Assembly: GCA_965204575.1 (NCBI GenBank)
Contig: OZ241993.1
Location: 1,472,001 to 1,536,000 of the forward strand
Origin: an uncultured candidatus Porisulfidus sp.
Lineage (GTDB): Bacteria; Pseudomonadota; Gammaproteobacteria; Poriferisulfidales; Poriferisulfidaceae
Reading direction: 5' to 3'
DNA length: 64,000 bases
Part shown: in pieces, positions 18,275 to 27,798 of the stretch
Layout of the letters: each line of letters begins with the position of its first letter
Numbering within the stretch: the stretch's first letter is position 1
The notes under the pieces: model-generated
The model's input: only the letters and a program-made list of their open reading frames with translations
Database searches by the model: none
What the model was told of the DNA's origin: nothing
Translations under genes and position numbers: made by a program

Positions 18275-19645
18275 TCAGATCCGGCGTGCCAACTCGGCTG
18301 CGGCACCGATGTAGTCACGTGGCGTCATTGCCGACAGTCGTTGCTTGGCTTCGTCCGGCAAATCCAATCCCGAAATGAACTCGGCTAGGTTCTCCCGGGT
18401 GATGTGCTGTCCCCGGGTGAATGCCTTGAGCTGTTCGTAGGGGTCCGGCAGGCCGTAACGTTTCATTACGGTCTGGACGGCTTCCGCCAAAACCTCGGGA
18501 CAGGCTTCCAGATCATCATCCAGCCGCTCCGCATCCACATCCAACTTGCCCAGGCCGCGCTCAAGCGCGGCGTATGCATTGGTGCTGCATGCCAAGGTCG
18601 CACCCATATTCCGCAATACGGTGGAATCGCTCAGGTCGCGCTGCAGGCGTGAAATTGGCAGTTTGTTCGCATAGTAGTCCAGTTCGGCGCAAGCCAACCC
18701 CAAGTTGCCCTCCGCATTCTCGAAGTCGATCGGATTGACCTTGTGCGGCATGGTGGAGGAGCCGACTTCACCGATTTTGGTCTTCTGCTGGAAGTAGCCC
18801 AGAGAAATGTACTGCCAGACGTCCCGCGCGAAATCGGTCAGCAGGTTGTTGATCCGAATCAGGCAGTGGAAGAACTCTGCAAACTGGTCGTAGGGTTCGA
18901 TTTGCGTCGTGTAGGAATTCGAATCCAACCCGAGCGAATCCAGGACTTTTTTGGAAAGCTCGGTCCAGTCGACTTCCGGGTAGGCAGCGAGATGTGCGTT
19001 GTAGTTGCCGACGGCGCCGTTCATCTTGCCCAGAAAACGCATGCTACGAAGAGGTTCCAGTTGGCGTCGGAGCCGGGCAACCGTCACCGCGAGTTCCTTG
19101 CCGACGGTGGTTGGCGAGGCGGGCTGGCCGTGTGTGCGCGACAACATCGGGATCTCCGCATATTCATGAGCCATGCTCTGAATGTTTTGTTCAAGGCGTT
19201 CCAGTGCCGGCAACACGACCTCCGTGCGGGCGCGGTCAAGCATCAGGGCGTAGGCGGGATGGTTGGCATCCCACGAAGTGCAGGCAAAGTGAATGAATCC
19301 TTCCAGCGTGCCCAGATCCGGATCTTCCTTGAGCTTTTCGCGTAAGAAATACTCCAAGGCCTTGACATCGTGATTGGTTTCTTTTTCGATGTCCTTGACC
19401 TGCTGAGCCTGATCAGGAGAGAACCCCGAAACCAGCGACTGCAGGCGCTCTTTGGCCTCATCGGATAAAGGTGGAACTTCTGGAATCCCCGGATGATCCG
19501 ACAAGGCCAAAAGCCATGCGGCCTCCACCTCAAGACGGTGGTGAATCAGGCCGAATTCTGAGAATAACTGGCGCAGCCGCGTGCTTGTGGTCTTGTAGTA
19601 GCGCCCATCAACCGGCGACAGGGCGGTCAAAGGCGAAAGTTCCAA
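18275..19645 (-). CDS. purB: Adenylosuccinate lyase
   Basis: (M)ELSPLTALSPVDGRY, TNHDVKA, RTHGQPA and GSSTMPHKVNPIDFEN; TTG start gives 456 aa. Confidence 0.96.
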   Translation of the reverse strand: MELSPLTALSPVDGRYYKTTSTRLRQLFSEFGLIHHRLEVEAAWLLALSDHPGIPEVPPLSDEAKERLQSLVSGFSPDQAQQVKDIEKETNHDVKALEYFLREKLKEDPDLGTLEGFIHFACTSWDANHPAYALMLDRARTEVVLPALERLEQNIQSMAHEYAEIPMLSRTHGQPASPTTVGKELAVTVARLRRQLEPLRSMRFLGKMNGAVGNYNAHLAAYPEVDWTELSKKVLDSLGLDSNSYTTQIEPYDQFAEFFHCLIRINNLLTDFARDVWQYISLGYFQQKTKIGEVGSSTMPHKVNPIDFENAEGNLGLACAELDYYANKLPISRLQRDLSDSTVLRNMGATLACSTNAYAALERGLGKLDVDAERLDDDLEACPEVLAEAVQTVMKRYGLPDPYEQLKAFTRGQHITRENLAEFISGLDLPDEAKQRLSAMTPRDYIGAAAELARRI

Positions 19646-19738
19646 ACGCGCGGCTCTCAAGAACAAGATTTCAAAAGTTAATTATACTGGGATTTGCCTT
19701 GTATACTGCCCCTTGCAAGGAACCGCCTTCTTTATCAA

Positions 19739-21118
19739 ATGGCCTCAAATCGCACAGAAAAAGACAGCATGGGGGAAATTCAGGTTCCCGAAGATGCCCT
19801 TTATGGTGCACAAACACAGCGTGCAGTTGAAAACTTCCCGATCAGCGGCCTGACCATGCCGCGCGCCTTCCTATACGGGCTGGGCCTGGTCAAGCGGGCT
19901 TGTGCAGAAGCCAATGCCAGCTTGGGCTTGCTGGAGCAGGAAAAAGCCGATGCCATCGTCGAGGCCGCCCAGCAGGTCGTGGAAGGCCAGCACGACGCAG
20001 AATTCCCGGTTGACGTGTTCCAGACCGGTTCCGGGACCAGCACGAACATGAACGCCAATGAGGTGATTGCCCATCTGGCGGGGAAGGGTGTGCACCCCAA
20101 CGATCACGTCAACATGAGTCAGAGCTCCAACGACGTGATTCCGACCGTCCTGCATGTCAGCGCCACGTTGGCGCTTAATGAGCAGTTGTTGCCTGCCTTA
20201 CGGCACTTGCAGCAAGTGGCAGAAGCCAAGGCGACTGAGTTGGATCAGCAGGTCAAGACTGGTCGTACCCACCTGATGGATGCGATGCCGGTGCGGATGT
20301 CGCAGGAAGTCGGGGCTTGGGCCAGTCAGATTCGTTACGGAATAGAGCGGGTCGAGGCGGCATTGCCCCGGTTGCTGGAACTGGCACAGGGCGGCACGGC
20401 AGTGGGCAGCGGCATCAATGCCCCGGAAGGATTCGAGGATGCTTTCATCAAATCGATTCGAAGCAGTACTTCGCTCGACTTCCGATCCAAGCCGGATAAA
20501 TTCGAGGGACTGGCGGCCCAAGATACGGCCGTAGAACTCAGCGGGCAGTTGCGCACAGTGGCCGTGGGCCTGATGAAAATCGCCAACGACTTGCGCTGGA
20601 TGAATTCCGGGCCCTTGGCGGGTCTTGGAGAGATCGCGTTGCCGGCCCTGCAGCCAGGCAGCAGCATCATGCCGGGCAAGGTCAATCCGGTGATTCCCGA
20701 GGCTACGGCGATGGTGGCCGCCCAAGTGATGGGGAACGATGCGACGATTGCCGTGGCCGGACAGTCTGGCAGCTTCCAGTTGAACGTCATGCTGCCAGTG
20801 ATTGCCTACAACCTATTGCAAAGTATTGAATTACTGTCTAATTCTTCACGTCTTCTGGCCGACCAGGCGATTTCCGGTTTCATCGTCAACGAAACAGTGT
20901 TGCAAGAATCCCTTGAGAAGAATCCGATCCTGGTGACGGCATTGAATACCGTAATCGGCTATGAGAAGGGGGCGGCCATTGCCAAGCAAGCCTACGCGGA
21001 AGGACGCCCAGTCATCGACGTGGCGCGCGAACAAACCGACCTGTCCGAAGAAGAGTTAAAGCGCCTTCTAGACCCCGGAGCATTGACCCGCGGGGGCATT
21101 CAAAAGGCTGATGGCTAG
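19739..21118 (+). CDS. fumC: Class II fumarate hydratase
   Basis: EKDSMG, GAQTQRA, QTGSGTSTNMN, GRTHLMDA and PGSSIMPGKVNP. Confidence 0.95.
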   Translation: MASNRTEKDSMGEIQVPEDALYGAQTQRAVENFPISGLTMPRAFLYGLGLVKRACAEANASLGLLEQEKADAIVEAAQQVVEGQHDAEFPVDVFQTGSGTSTNMNANEVIAHLAGKGVHPNDHVNMSQSSNDVIPTVLHVSATLALNEQLLPALRHLQQVAEAKATELDQQVKTGRTHLMDAMPVRMSQEVGAWASQIRYGIERVEAALPRLLELAQGGTAVGSGINAPEGFEDAFIKSIRSSTSLDFRSKPDKFEGLAAQDTAVELSGQLRTVAVGLMKIANDLRWMNSGPLAGLGEIALPALQPGSSIMPGKVNPVIPEATAMVAAQVMGNDATIAVAGQSGSFQLNVMLPVIAYNLLQSIELLSNSSRLLADQAISGFIVNETVLQESLEKNPILVTALNTVIGYEKGAAIAKQAYAEGRPVIDVAREQTDLSEEELKRLLDPGALTRGGIQKADG

Positions 21119-21206
21119 TGATAACATTGAGGTAAAGCACGATGCTTCGCAGATGCGTGTCCATGTATGAAATAACGGGGAATTCCTATGTATAATTGCA
21201 GAGCAA

Positions 21207-21965
21207 ATGGCGACAACCTTGAGTTTGCTCGACCTGATGCAGATACAGACAACCCTAGAACACAAAAATACGGCAAATAAGAAGCGCCGTGTTCGGAACG
21301 GCGCTGCAACAAACGATCTTGTTGTCAGTGCCTATTCGGAAGGAAACGACAGGGTGTTTCCACGCATTCTGGATTTATACGTATCCCCAGGATGCACCAT
21401 CGCTGATGTCACCTTTGGGAAAGGGGTCTTCTGGCGAAACGTTCCAGACAGGAAATACGATCTTCTGGCCACCGACATTTTGGACGGGGTTGATTGCCGT
21501 GAACTTCCTTATCAGGATGAATCTATTGATTGCGTTGTGTTGGACCCACCGTATATGCATTCACCCGGCGGGACGGCCTATAAAGCGTCTCACACTCAGT
21601 TTGAAGCCTATTATCGAAACAATAGTGCGGCGAACCGTACCGGGAGCAAGTACCACGACGCGGTTCTTGATCTGTACAAGGATGCCGGTTTGGAAGCTTA
21701 CCGGGTTTTACATGAACGGGGCGTGATGATTGTTAAATGTCAAGATGAGGTATGTGCCAATACCCAGCGTTTTACGCATGTTGAAATCATGCAGGCATAC
21801 GAAGAAATGGGGTTTGTCGCTGAAGACATATTCGTTGTTGTCAGAAGCAACAAACCAGGGGTCAGCCGCACGGTCCGACAGGTTCACGCGAGGAAAAATC
21901 ATTCCTACTTCTTGGTGTTTTGGAAACGCATTGGAGGCAAGGGGAAATGGAACCCACCAACATAG
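21207..21965 (+). CDS. Amino (N6-A/N4-C) DNA methyltransferase
   Basis: SAM-binding DVTFGKG followed by catalytic DCVVLDPPY; start may be 21207 or 21237. Confidence 0.8.
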   Translation: MATTLSLLDLMQIQTTLEHKNTANKKRRVRNGAATNDLVVSAYSEGNDRVFPRILDLYVSPGCTIADVTFGKGVFWRNVPDRKYDLLATDILDGVDCRELPYQDESIDCVVLDPPYMHSPGGTAYKASHTQFEAYYRNNSAANRTGSKYHDAVLDLYKDAGLEAYRVLHERGVMIVKCQDEVCANTQRFTHVEIMQAYEEMGFVAEDIFVVVRSNKPGVSRTVRQVHARKNHSYFLVFWKRIGGKGKWNPPT

Positions 21966-22453
21966 ACCCAATCGCCTTACTGGCTGGCATCATAAAGGAG
22001 CATGCTCCGGAAGATATCTGGGCGGAGTCTCCTCTCTCCGACTATCGCAAGCTTGGCAACACAAATCGAGGTGAAATTGGAGAAGAATTCATCAGGAGAT
22101 ATTTGAAGGCAAAAGGGGTGAGCGTTTCAAATGGCAATAGGACATCTCCTGTAGATTTAACCATTGACGAAAACAAGTTCGAGATTAAGACCGCTTCCCT
22201 CGGAGCGAACGGGACATTCCAGTTCAATCACATACGCTTGGACAGGGACTACGGTTATCTGCTTTGCCTAGGGATATGCCCGAAAGATATTGTCTTCGAT
22301 ATGTGGAGAAATGGAGATGTTGCTGAAGGACAGGCGGGGAAACTCGTTCGGATGGCGGAAGGACAATCGGTGACCTATAAACTCACAAAAAAACTTACGG
22401 ACATGAGTCCTATAGACGTTCTCCCGAATTTCCTAAATCTCCCAAGTAAGTAG
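21947..22453 (+). CDS. Putative PD-(D/E)xK restriction endonuclease
   Basis: GEIGE helix and PVD...FEIK catalytic-like motif; overlaps the MTase 3' end by 19 nt. Confidence 0.65.
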   Translation: MEPTNIDPIALLAGIIKEHAPEDIWAESPLSDYRKLGNTNRGEIGEEFIRRYLKAKGVSVSNGNRTSPVDLTIDENKFEIKTASLGANGTFQFNHIRLDRDYGYLLCLGICPKDIVFDMWRNGDVAEGQAGKLVRMAEGQSVTYKLTKKLTDMSPIDVLPNFLNLPSK

Positions 22454-22665
22454 CGTAGGGGCAAGGACTAAGCTAATCTTGATCTTGCCGCCCGCGTCCT
22501 GCTGGGCACATTTTTGGGGGATTTGATATAGTAAAATGCCACGCGTAAAGCGTTGAAAACGCCTAAAGTCACAATAGAAAACTGCACAAATTCCATCTTC
22601 AAACATGGAGGCCGGGAGATTACAGATCCCGACCTCATTCCATTACCAAACTTAAGGAGTTAGAA

Positions 22666-22788
22666 GTGATTTACTACCAAGACAAAGAACCCGTTCCTCA
22701 CATTCCACCCGGAAAGGAAGAAAGAGACGGTGGCAAGTCAAAGTACGGAAAAGACAGTCATCCAAGCCAGAAGAAAGATTTGCACTAA
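22666..22788 (+). CDS. Putative 40-aa small protein (MIYYQDKEPVPHIPPGKEERDGGKSKYGKDSHPSQKKDLH)
   Basis: AAGGAG at 22654-22659, GTG start, upstream hairpin 22608-22636 and TGaTATAGT at 22524-22532; below the ORF-track size cutoff. Confidence 0.3.
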   Translation: MIYYQDKEPVPHIPPGKEERDGGKSKYGKDSHPSQKKDLH

Positions 22789-23208
22789 AACAGCCCATGA
22801 TGCATATTTCAGTAGATCTGCTTTTCGCTGTAGGATCATCCGGTTTGAAGCAATAGCCTCACCGTATGTGTTGCCTATCGCCCTGACAACAGCTGAGGAC
22901 GGATAGTCTTTTAATTTTTTGGCTACCTCTTCCATATCTGGAGAGGTGTGCCATCTGCTCGGATGCACCATAATCATAGTTATTACAGCTATGACGATGA
23001 ACATTAGTCCCTGCCCCATGAAGAGGTAGGGTTCGTTCTTAGTGCAGGCTTCACCGATTTTTAGAATCGTAAGGCCAAAACCAATCATTAGGCCAGAGTA
23101 ACCAGCCATTTTTAGTATTCTGTCGGAAAATTCCCGATGGAGGTTTTCTTGGCCCAACAATTTGTCTCGACCAAGATTTAGATACGCAGATATAGAATCT
23201 GGACTCAT
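22738..23208 (-). CDS. Hypothetical 3-TM membrane protein
   Basis: 156 aa with two N-proximal hydrophobic helices, a soluble loop and a C-terminal helix; AT-rich islet. Confidence 0.65.
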   Translation of the reverse strand: MSPDSISAYLNLGRDKLLGQENLHREFSDRILKMAGYSGLMIGFGLTILKIGEACTKNEPYLFMGQGLMFIVIAVITMIMVHPSRWHTSPDMEEVAKKLKDYPSSAVVRAIGNTYGEAIASNRMILQRKADLLKYASWAVLVQIFLLAWMTVFSVL

Positions 23209-23319
23209 TCTAGGATTCTATCAGAAGGCTTCTATGCAGCAGCTAAAAACCTTCGACACTAAGGTATGTAAGCCTCTTTTTTTTCTAGGTCTTTCTCGCT
23301 TGCAGAAGATTAATTTTTT

Positions 23320-25992
23320 TCAGGCAGCCAGTTGGCGCAGCACGTAGTGCAGGATTCCCCCATGTCGGTAGTATTCCGATTCCTGCGGGGTATCGATACG
23401 CACCGCTACCTCGAATGTCCTAGTCGCACCTCCGTTATCGGCCGAGACCGCCGTCACCTTCAGCCGCCCACCCGGCTTGCTTGCGGCATCAAGGCCAAGT
23501 ATGTCGAAGACCTCTTCACCGGCCAGTCCCAGCGACTCTGCATTTTCTCCCGGCTGGAACTGCAACGGCAGGATTCCCATGCCGATCAGGTTCGATCGGT
23601 GAATTCGCTCGTAACTTTCCGCGATGACGGCGCGCACGCCCTGCAGTCGCGGACCCTTGGCGGCCCAATCGCGGGATGAACCGCAGCCGTATTCCTTGCC
23701 GGCCAGCACAATCAGCGGGATTCCTTCCTCGCGGTATTCCATGGCCGCATCGAAAATCGACATCAATTCGCCATCCGGCAAGTGCCGGGTGACACCCCCC
23801 TCAACGCCATTGGCCAGGCGGTTCCGCAGCCGGATGTTGGCAAAGGTCCCCCGCATCATCACTTCATGGTTGCCTCGGCGCGAGCCGTAGGAATTGAAGT
23901 CAGCCGGTAGCACGCCGCGTGCGATCAGGTAGCGTCCGGCCGGGCTATCTTCAGCGATGGAACCGGCTGGCGAAATATGATCGGTCGTAACCGAATCACC
24001 GAGAAATGCCAGTACTCGTGCACCTTGAATATCGACAGGGTCCGCCACTTCCATGGAAAGATCCTCGAAGTAGGGCGGATGCGATACGTAAGTCGAGTCA
24101 GGCCATTCGTAGAGCCCACTTGAGACGCTCTCAAGACCGGCCCAATGATCGTCGCCTTGGAATACGTTCTGATAGCTTGCCCGGAATTGGCCGGCATCCA
24201 ACGCGCGCCCCATGACTTCGGCAACCTCATGCTGGGTCGGCCAAAGCTCCTTCAGGTAAACCGGCTGGCCTTGCGGTGTCGTGGCAAGCGGCTCCCGGTA
24301 CAGGTCCACGTCCATTCTCCCGGCGATGGCATAGGCCACCACCAAGGGCGGCGAAGCCAAGTAGTTCATTAGGACCTGAGCATGGATCCGTCCTTCAAAG
24401 TTCCGGTTGCCGGACAGCACGGATACGGCGGTCAAGTCATTGTCTTGGACGATTTTCGAGACCTGTTCCGGCAGGGGCCCGGAATTGCCGATACAGGTGG
24501 TACAACCGTAGCCGACCAGGTGAAAGCCCAGTTGCTTCAAGGCTTCCATCAAACCCGCCCGCTCCAGGTAGTCCGTCACCACGCGCGAGCCGGGAGCCAG
24601 GGAAGTCTTGACCCAGGGGCGGGCCTTCAGTCCCAACTCCATGGCCTTCTTCGCGACCAGCCCGGCGGCCACCATGACCGACGGATTGGACGTGTTCGTG
24701 CAAGAAGTAATGGCGGCAATGGCGACCAGCCCGTCGCCCACAGTGCAAGCCTGGCCATCGATCTCGACCTCCAAGTCGAACTGCTGCGACTTGTCGCGTG
24801 CTTGGTTGATCTCTTCCAGCCGAGTCTGGAATTGCGAGGCTGCTTCGCGCAGCGGCACCCGATCCTGAGGCCGTTTGGGTCCGGCCAAGCTCGGTTCGAT
24901 TGAACCCAGATCCAGTTCGAGTGATTCGCTGTACTCGGCCGGCTCATCGCCGGCCTCACGCCACATTCCCTGCTCTCTCGCATAGGCCTCGACCCGGTCG
25001 GCCAGGTGTTCGTCCCGACCGGTCAGGCGCAGGTAATTGACCGTTTCGGCATCGATTGGGAATAGCCCGCAAGTTGCCCCATATTCCGGCGCCATGTTGG
25101 CGATGGTGGCTCGGTCCCCGATGGACAGTTGGTCCAGCCCATCACCATGGAATTCGACAAACTTGCCAACCACGCCGTGTTCTCGCAGCATCTGGACGAT
25201 CGTCAGCACCAGGTCCGTGCCGGTGGCACCTTCCGGCAGGTTGCCGGTCAGCTGGAAACCGACGACACGGGGGATCAGCATGGAAATCGGTTGGCCGAGC
25301 ATGGAGGCTTCCGCTTCGATGCCGCCCACGCCCCAGCCTAGAACACCAATACCGTTGATCATCGTCGTGTGGGAATCGGTACCGACCAAGGTGTCGGGAT
25401 AGGCTTCCAGCATGCCATCGCGTTCCTGCGCGAACACCACGCGTGCCAAATATTCGAGGTTGACTTGATGCACGATGCCGGTGTCTGGCGGCACGACCTT
25501 GAAATTGCTAAAGGCGTTCTGGCCCCATTTGAGGAACTGGTAGCGTTCCCGGTTTCGGTCGAATTCCAGCTTTGCATTGAGGTCGAACGCCTGATCACTG
25601 GCGAATTGGTCGACCTGGACCGAGTGATCAATGACCAGTTCGGCCGGTTGCAGGGGATTGATGCGTTCCGGATTGCCGCCCAGCACGCCCATGGCATCGC
25701 GCATGGCGGCCAAGTCAACTACGGCGGGAACCCCGGTGAAGTCCTGCATCAGCACGCGGGCAGGGCGGAACGCGATCTCTTGGCTGGCTTCGGCGGATGG
25801 ATCCCAGTTCAGCAGAGCCTGAATGTCCTCCGGGGTGACCGTGCGGCCATCCTCGTGGCGCAACAGGTTCTCTAGAAGGATTTTCAGTGAAAATGGAAGG
25901 CGATTGGCACCTTCCAAGTCGGTTAGCCGGTATATCCGATAAGTTTCTTCACCGACCTTGAGGGTAGACTTCGTATTGAAACTGTTTCCCAT
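23320..25992 (-). CDS. acnA: Aconitate hydratase A
   Basis: RVLMQDFTGVPAVVDLAAMR, GTDSHTTMING, AAITSCTNTSNP, GYGCTTCIGNSG and TTDHISPAG; 890 aa. Confidence 0.97.
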   Translation of the reverse strand: MGNSFNTKSTLKVGEETYRIYRLTDLEGANRLPFSLKILLENLLRHEDGRTVTPEDIQALLNWDPSAEASQEIAFRPARVLMQDFTGVPAVVDLAAMRDAMGVLGGNPERINPLQPAELVIDHSVQVDQFASDQAFDLNAKLEFDRNRERYQFLKWGQNAFSNFKVVPPDTGIVHQVNLEYLARVVFAQERDGMLEAYPDTLVGTDSHTTMINGIGVLGWGVGGIEAEASMLGQPISMLIPRVVGFQLTGNLPEGATGTDLVLTIVQMLREHGVVGKFVEFHGDGLDQLSIGDRATIANMAPEYGATCGLFPIDAETVNYLRLTGRDEHLADRVEAYAREQGMWREAGDEPAEYSESLELDLGSIEPSLAGPKRPQDRVPLREAASQFQTRLEEINQARDKSQQFDLEVEIDGQACTVGDGLVAIAAITSCTNTSNPSVMVAAGLVAKKAMELGLKARPWVKTSLAPGSRVVTDYLERAGLMEALKQLGFHLVGYGCTTCIGNSGPLPEQVSKIVQDNDLTAVSVLSGNRNFEGRIHAQVLMNYLASPPLVVAYAIAGRMDVDLYREPLATTPQGQPVYLKELWPTQHEVAEVMGRALDAGQFRASYQNVFQGDDHWAGLESVSSGLYEWPDSTYVSHPPYFEDLSMEVADPVDIQGARVLAFLGDSVTTDHISPAGSIAEDSPAGRYLIARGVLPADFNSYGSRRGNHEVMMRGTFANIRLRNRLANGVEGGVTRHLPDGELMSIFDAAMEYREEGIPLIVLAGKEYGCGSSRDWAAKGPRLQGVRAVIAESYERIHRSNLIGMGILPLQFQPGENAESLGLAGEEVFDILGLDAASKPGGRLKVTAVSADNGGATRTFEVAVRIDTPQESEYYRHGGILHYVLRQLAA

Positions 25993-26092
25993 AGTTTTGT
26001 AATTACGTAAGTTTTCGTTTAGAAAAAATGAGCTTTAACGCTCCGCCAGGATTGGCGGGCGGCGACACACACCTATTTTCGCACGAAACCGT

Positions 26093-27190
26093 CTACGAGG
26101 CGGTGGAATCCGTGCCCAACGCTTTCAGGATAACGCCTCCGCCCAGGCAGACCTCTCCGAGGTAAAACACCACGGATTGACCTGGGGCCGGGGCCCATTG
26201 GGGAGATGCGAAGTGTACCCGGCAGTCCTTCCCATTCTGTTCCAGTCGACAATCCTGCAAGGGCTGACGATGACGAATCCGCGCCTTGAGCGATTGCTCT
26301 CCGGGCGGTTCGCCGGCAATCCAGTGCGGGGATTCGATTTCCAGCATACGGACGTTCAGGGCTGGATGATCGCGGTCCTGGGTCACGGTCAACCGGCCGT
26401 TTTCGAGATCCTTGTCGACGACATACCAAGGGCCTTCATCGCTCCCGGAAACCCCGCCAATGCCCAGGCCGGTCCGCTGGCCGATCGTCTGGAATGCCAA
26501 TCCTTGATGTTCTCCGAGTTCGCGCCCGGAAGAATCGACAATCGGCCCGGGCTGGGCCGGGATGTAATTCGCCAGAAAATCCTGAAAACGACGCTCCCCG
26601 ATGAAACAGATGCCCGTACTGTCTTTCTTGTCGTGTATCGGGAGCCCGATTCGGCGTGCCTGTTCCCGGGTTTCTTTCTTGGTCATGCCCTGCAAGGGAA
26701 AGTGGGCGGAGGCCAATTGCTCCTGGTCCAGGCGATGAAGGAAATAGGTCTGATCCTTGTCCAGGTCCTCGGACTGGATGAGCTCGGGGGACACTCCATG
26801 AAACCGGACGCCCGCATAGTGGCCCGTGGCGATGCGGTCCACGCCAAGCGTCCGGGCGTAGTCCAGGAAAGCCCGGAACTTGATTTCGCGGTTGCACAGG
26901 ATGTCCGGGTTCGGCGTGCGGCCGGCCGAGTACTCGGCCAAGAAGACCTGGAACACGCGACCCCAGTACTCCGCGGAGAAATTGATGGTGTGCAGCCGGA
27001 GGTCGAGCTTGTCGCAAACCGTCTGGGCATCCGCGAGATCCGCCGCCGCCGCGCAATATTCCTCGGTGTCGTCCTCTTCCCAGTTCTTCATGAACACGGC
27101 CTCGACTTCGATGCCGCGCTCGCACAACTTCCAAGCTGCGACGGCCGAATCGACTCCTCCGGACAATCCGATCAGTATCTGTGCCGGCAT
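26093..27190 (-). CDS. mnmA: tRNA-specific 2-thiouridylase
   Basis: SGGVDSAV, TPNPDILCNREIKF, ATGHYA, KDQTYFL and KKDSTGICFIGER. Confidence 0.97.
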   Translation of the reverse strand: MPAQILIGLSGGVDSAVAAWKLCERGIEVEAVFMKNWEEDDTEEYCAAAADLADAQTVCDKLDLRLHTINFSAEYWGRVFQVFLAEYSAGRTPNPDILCNREIKFRAFLDYARTLGVDRIATGHYAGVRFHGVSPELIQSEDLDKDQTYFLHRLDQEQLASAHFPLQGMTKKETREQARRIGLPIHDKKDSTGICFIGERRFQDFLANYIPAQPGPIVDSSGRELGEHQGLAFQTIGQRTGLGIGGVSGSDEGPWYVVDKDLENGRLTVTQDRDHPALNVRMLEIESPHWIAGEPPGEQSLKARIRHRQPLQDCRLEQNGKDCRVHFASPQWAPAPGQSVVFYLGEVCLGGGVILKALGTDSTAS

Positions 27191-27202
27191 GGCGGAGCCC
27201 GG

Positions 27203-27646
27203 TCAGGAAGAGATCAGCGAAAGCGGGTGCCGGATCCCAGCCAGGTAGTCGTCGACGCATTGCAGCACCATCGGGCTGCGTCGCCGACGCTCTGCCAGGG
27301 CCGCAATCTCGCCTCGCGTCATCCATACGGTCCGGATGATCGTGTCATCCAACTCCCGGTCTGGATATTCCCGGATCAATCGGCCACAGAACGCAAACCG
27401 CAGGTACATGTGAGGCGAATTGGGCAGAACGTACTGGTAGATGCCGACCAGGGCCTCCGGGCTGAACGCCCAAGCCGCTTCTTCGAGCATCTCCCGCGCA
27501 CAGCCTTGCATCAGGGTTTCATTGGCATCCAGGTGCCCGGCCGGCTGGTTTACCACTATTTCTCCGTTCACCTGTTCTTCAACCAGCAGGAATCGGCCAT
27601 CCCGCTCGGCAATTGCGGCAACAGTCAGGTGAGGCGTCCAATCCAT
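27203..27646 (-). CDS. nudJ: NUDIX hydrolase (NudJ-like)
   Basis: WTPHLTVAA, NQPAGHL..NET....AREMLEE and RSPMV; upstream of mnmA. Confidence 0.85.
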   Translation of the reverse strand: MDWTPHLTVAAIAERDGRFLLVEEQVNGEIVVNQPAGHLDANETLMQGCAREMLEEAAWAFSPEALVGIYQYVLPNSPHMYLRFAFCGRLIREYPDRELDDTIIRTVWMTRGEIAALAERRRRSPMVLQCVDDYLAGIRHPLSLISS

Positions 27647-27798
27647 GGCAAAAACCAAAGCGGGTTCACGTCGCAGATATAATAAGGTGAATTTCGGTAA
27701 ATGACGAACTTCCGGGCGCATATCCTGATGCCGACGCACTGGACAGGCAAAATGGCTAGCGTGCCGAAAGGATCCTGCGGATCGCAGGGGAGGGTGCC

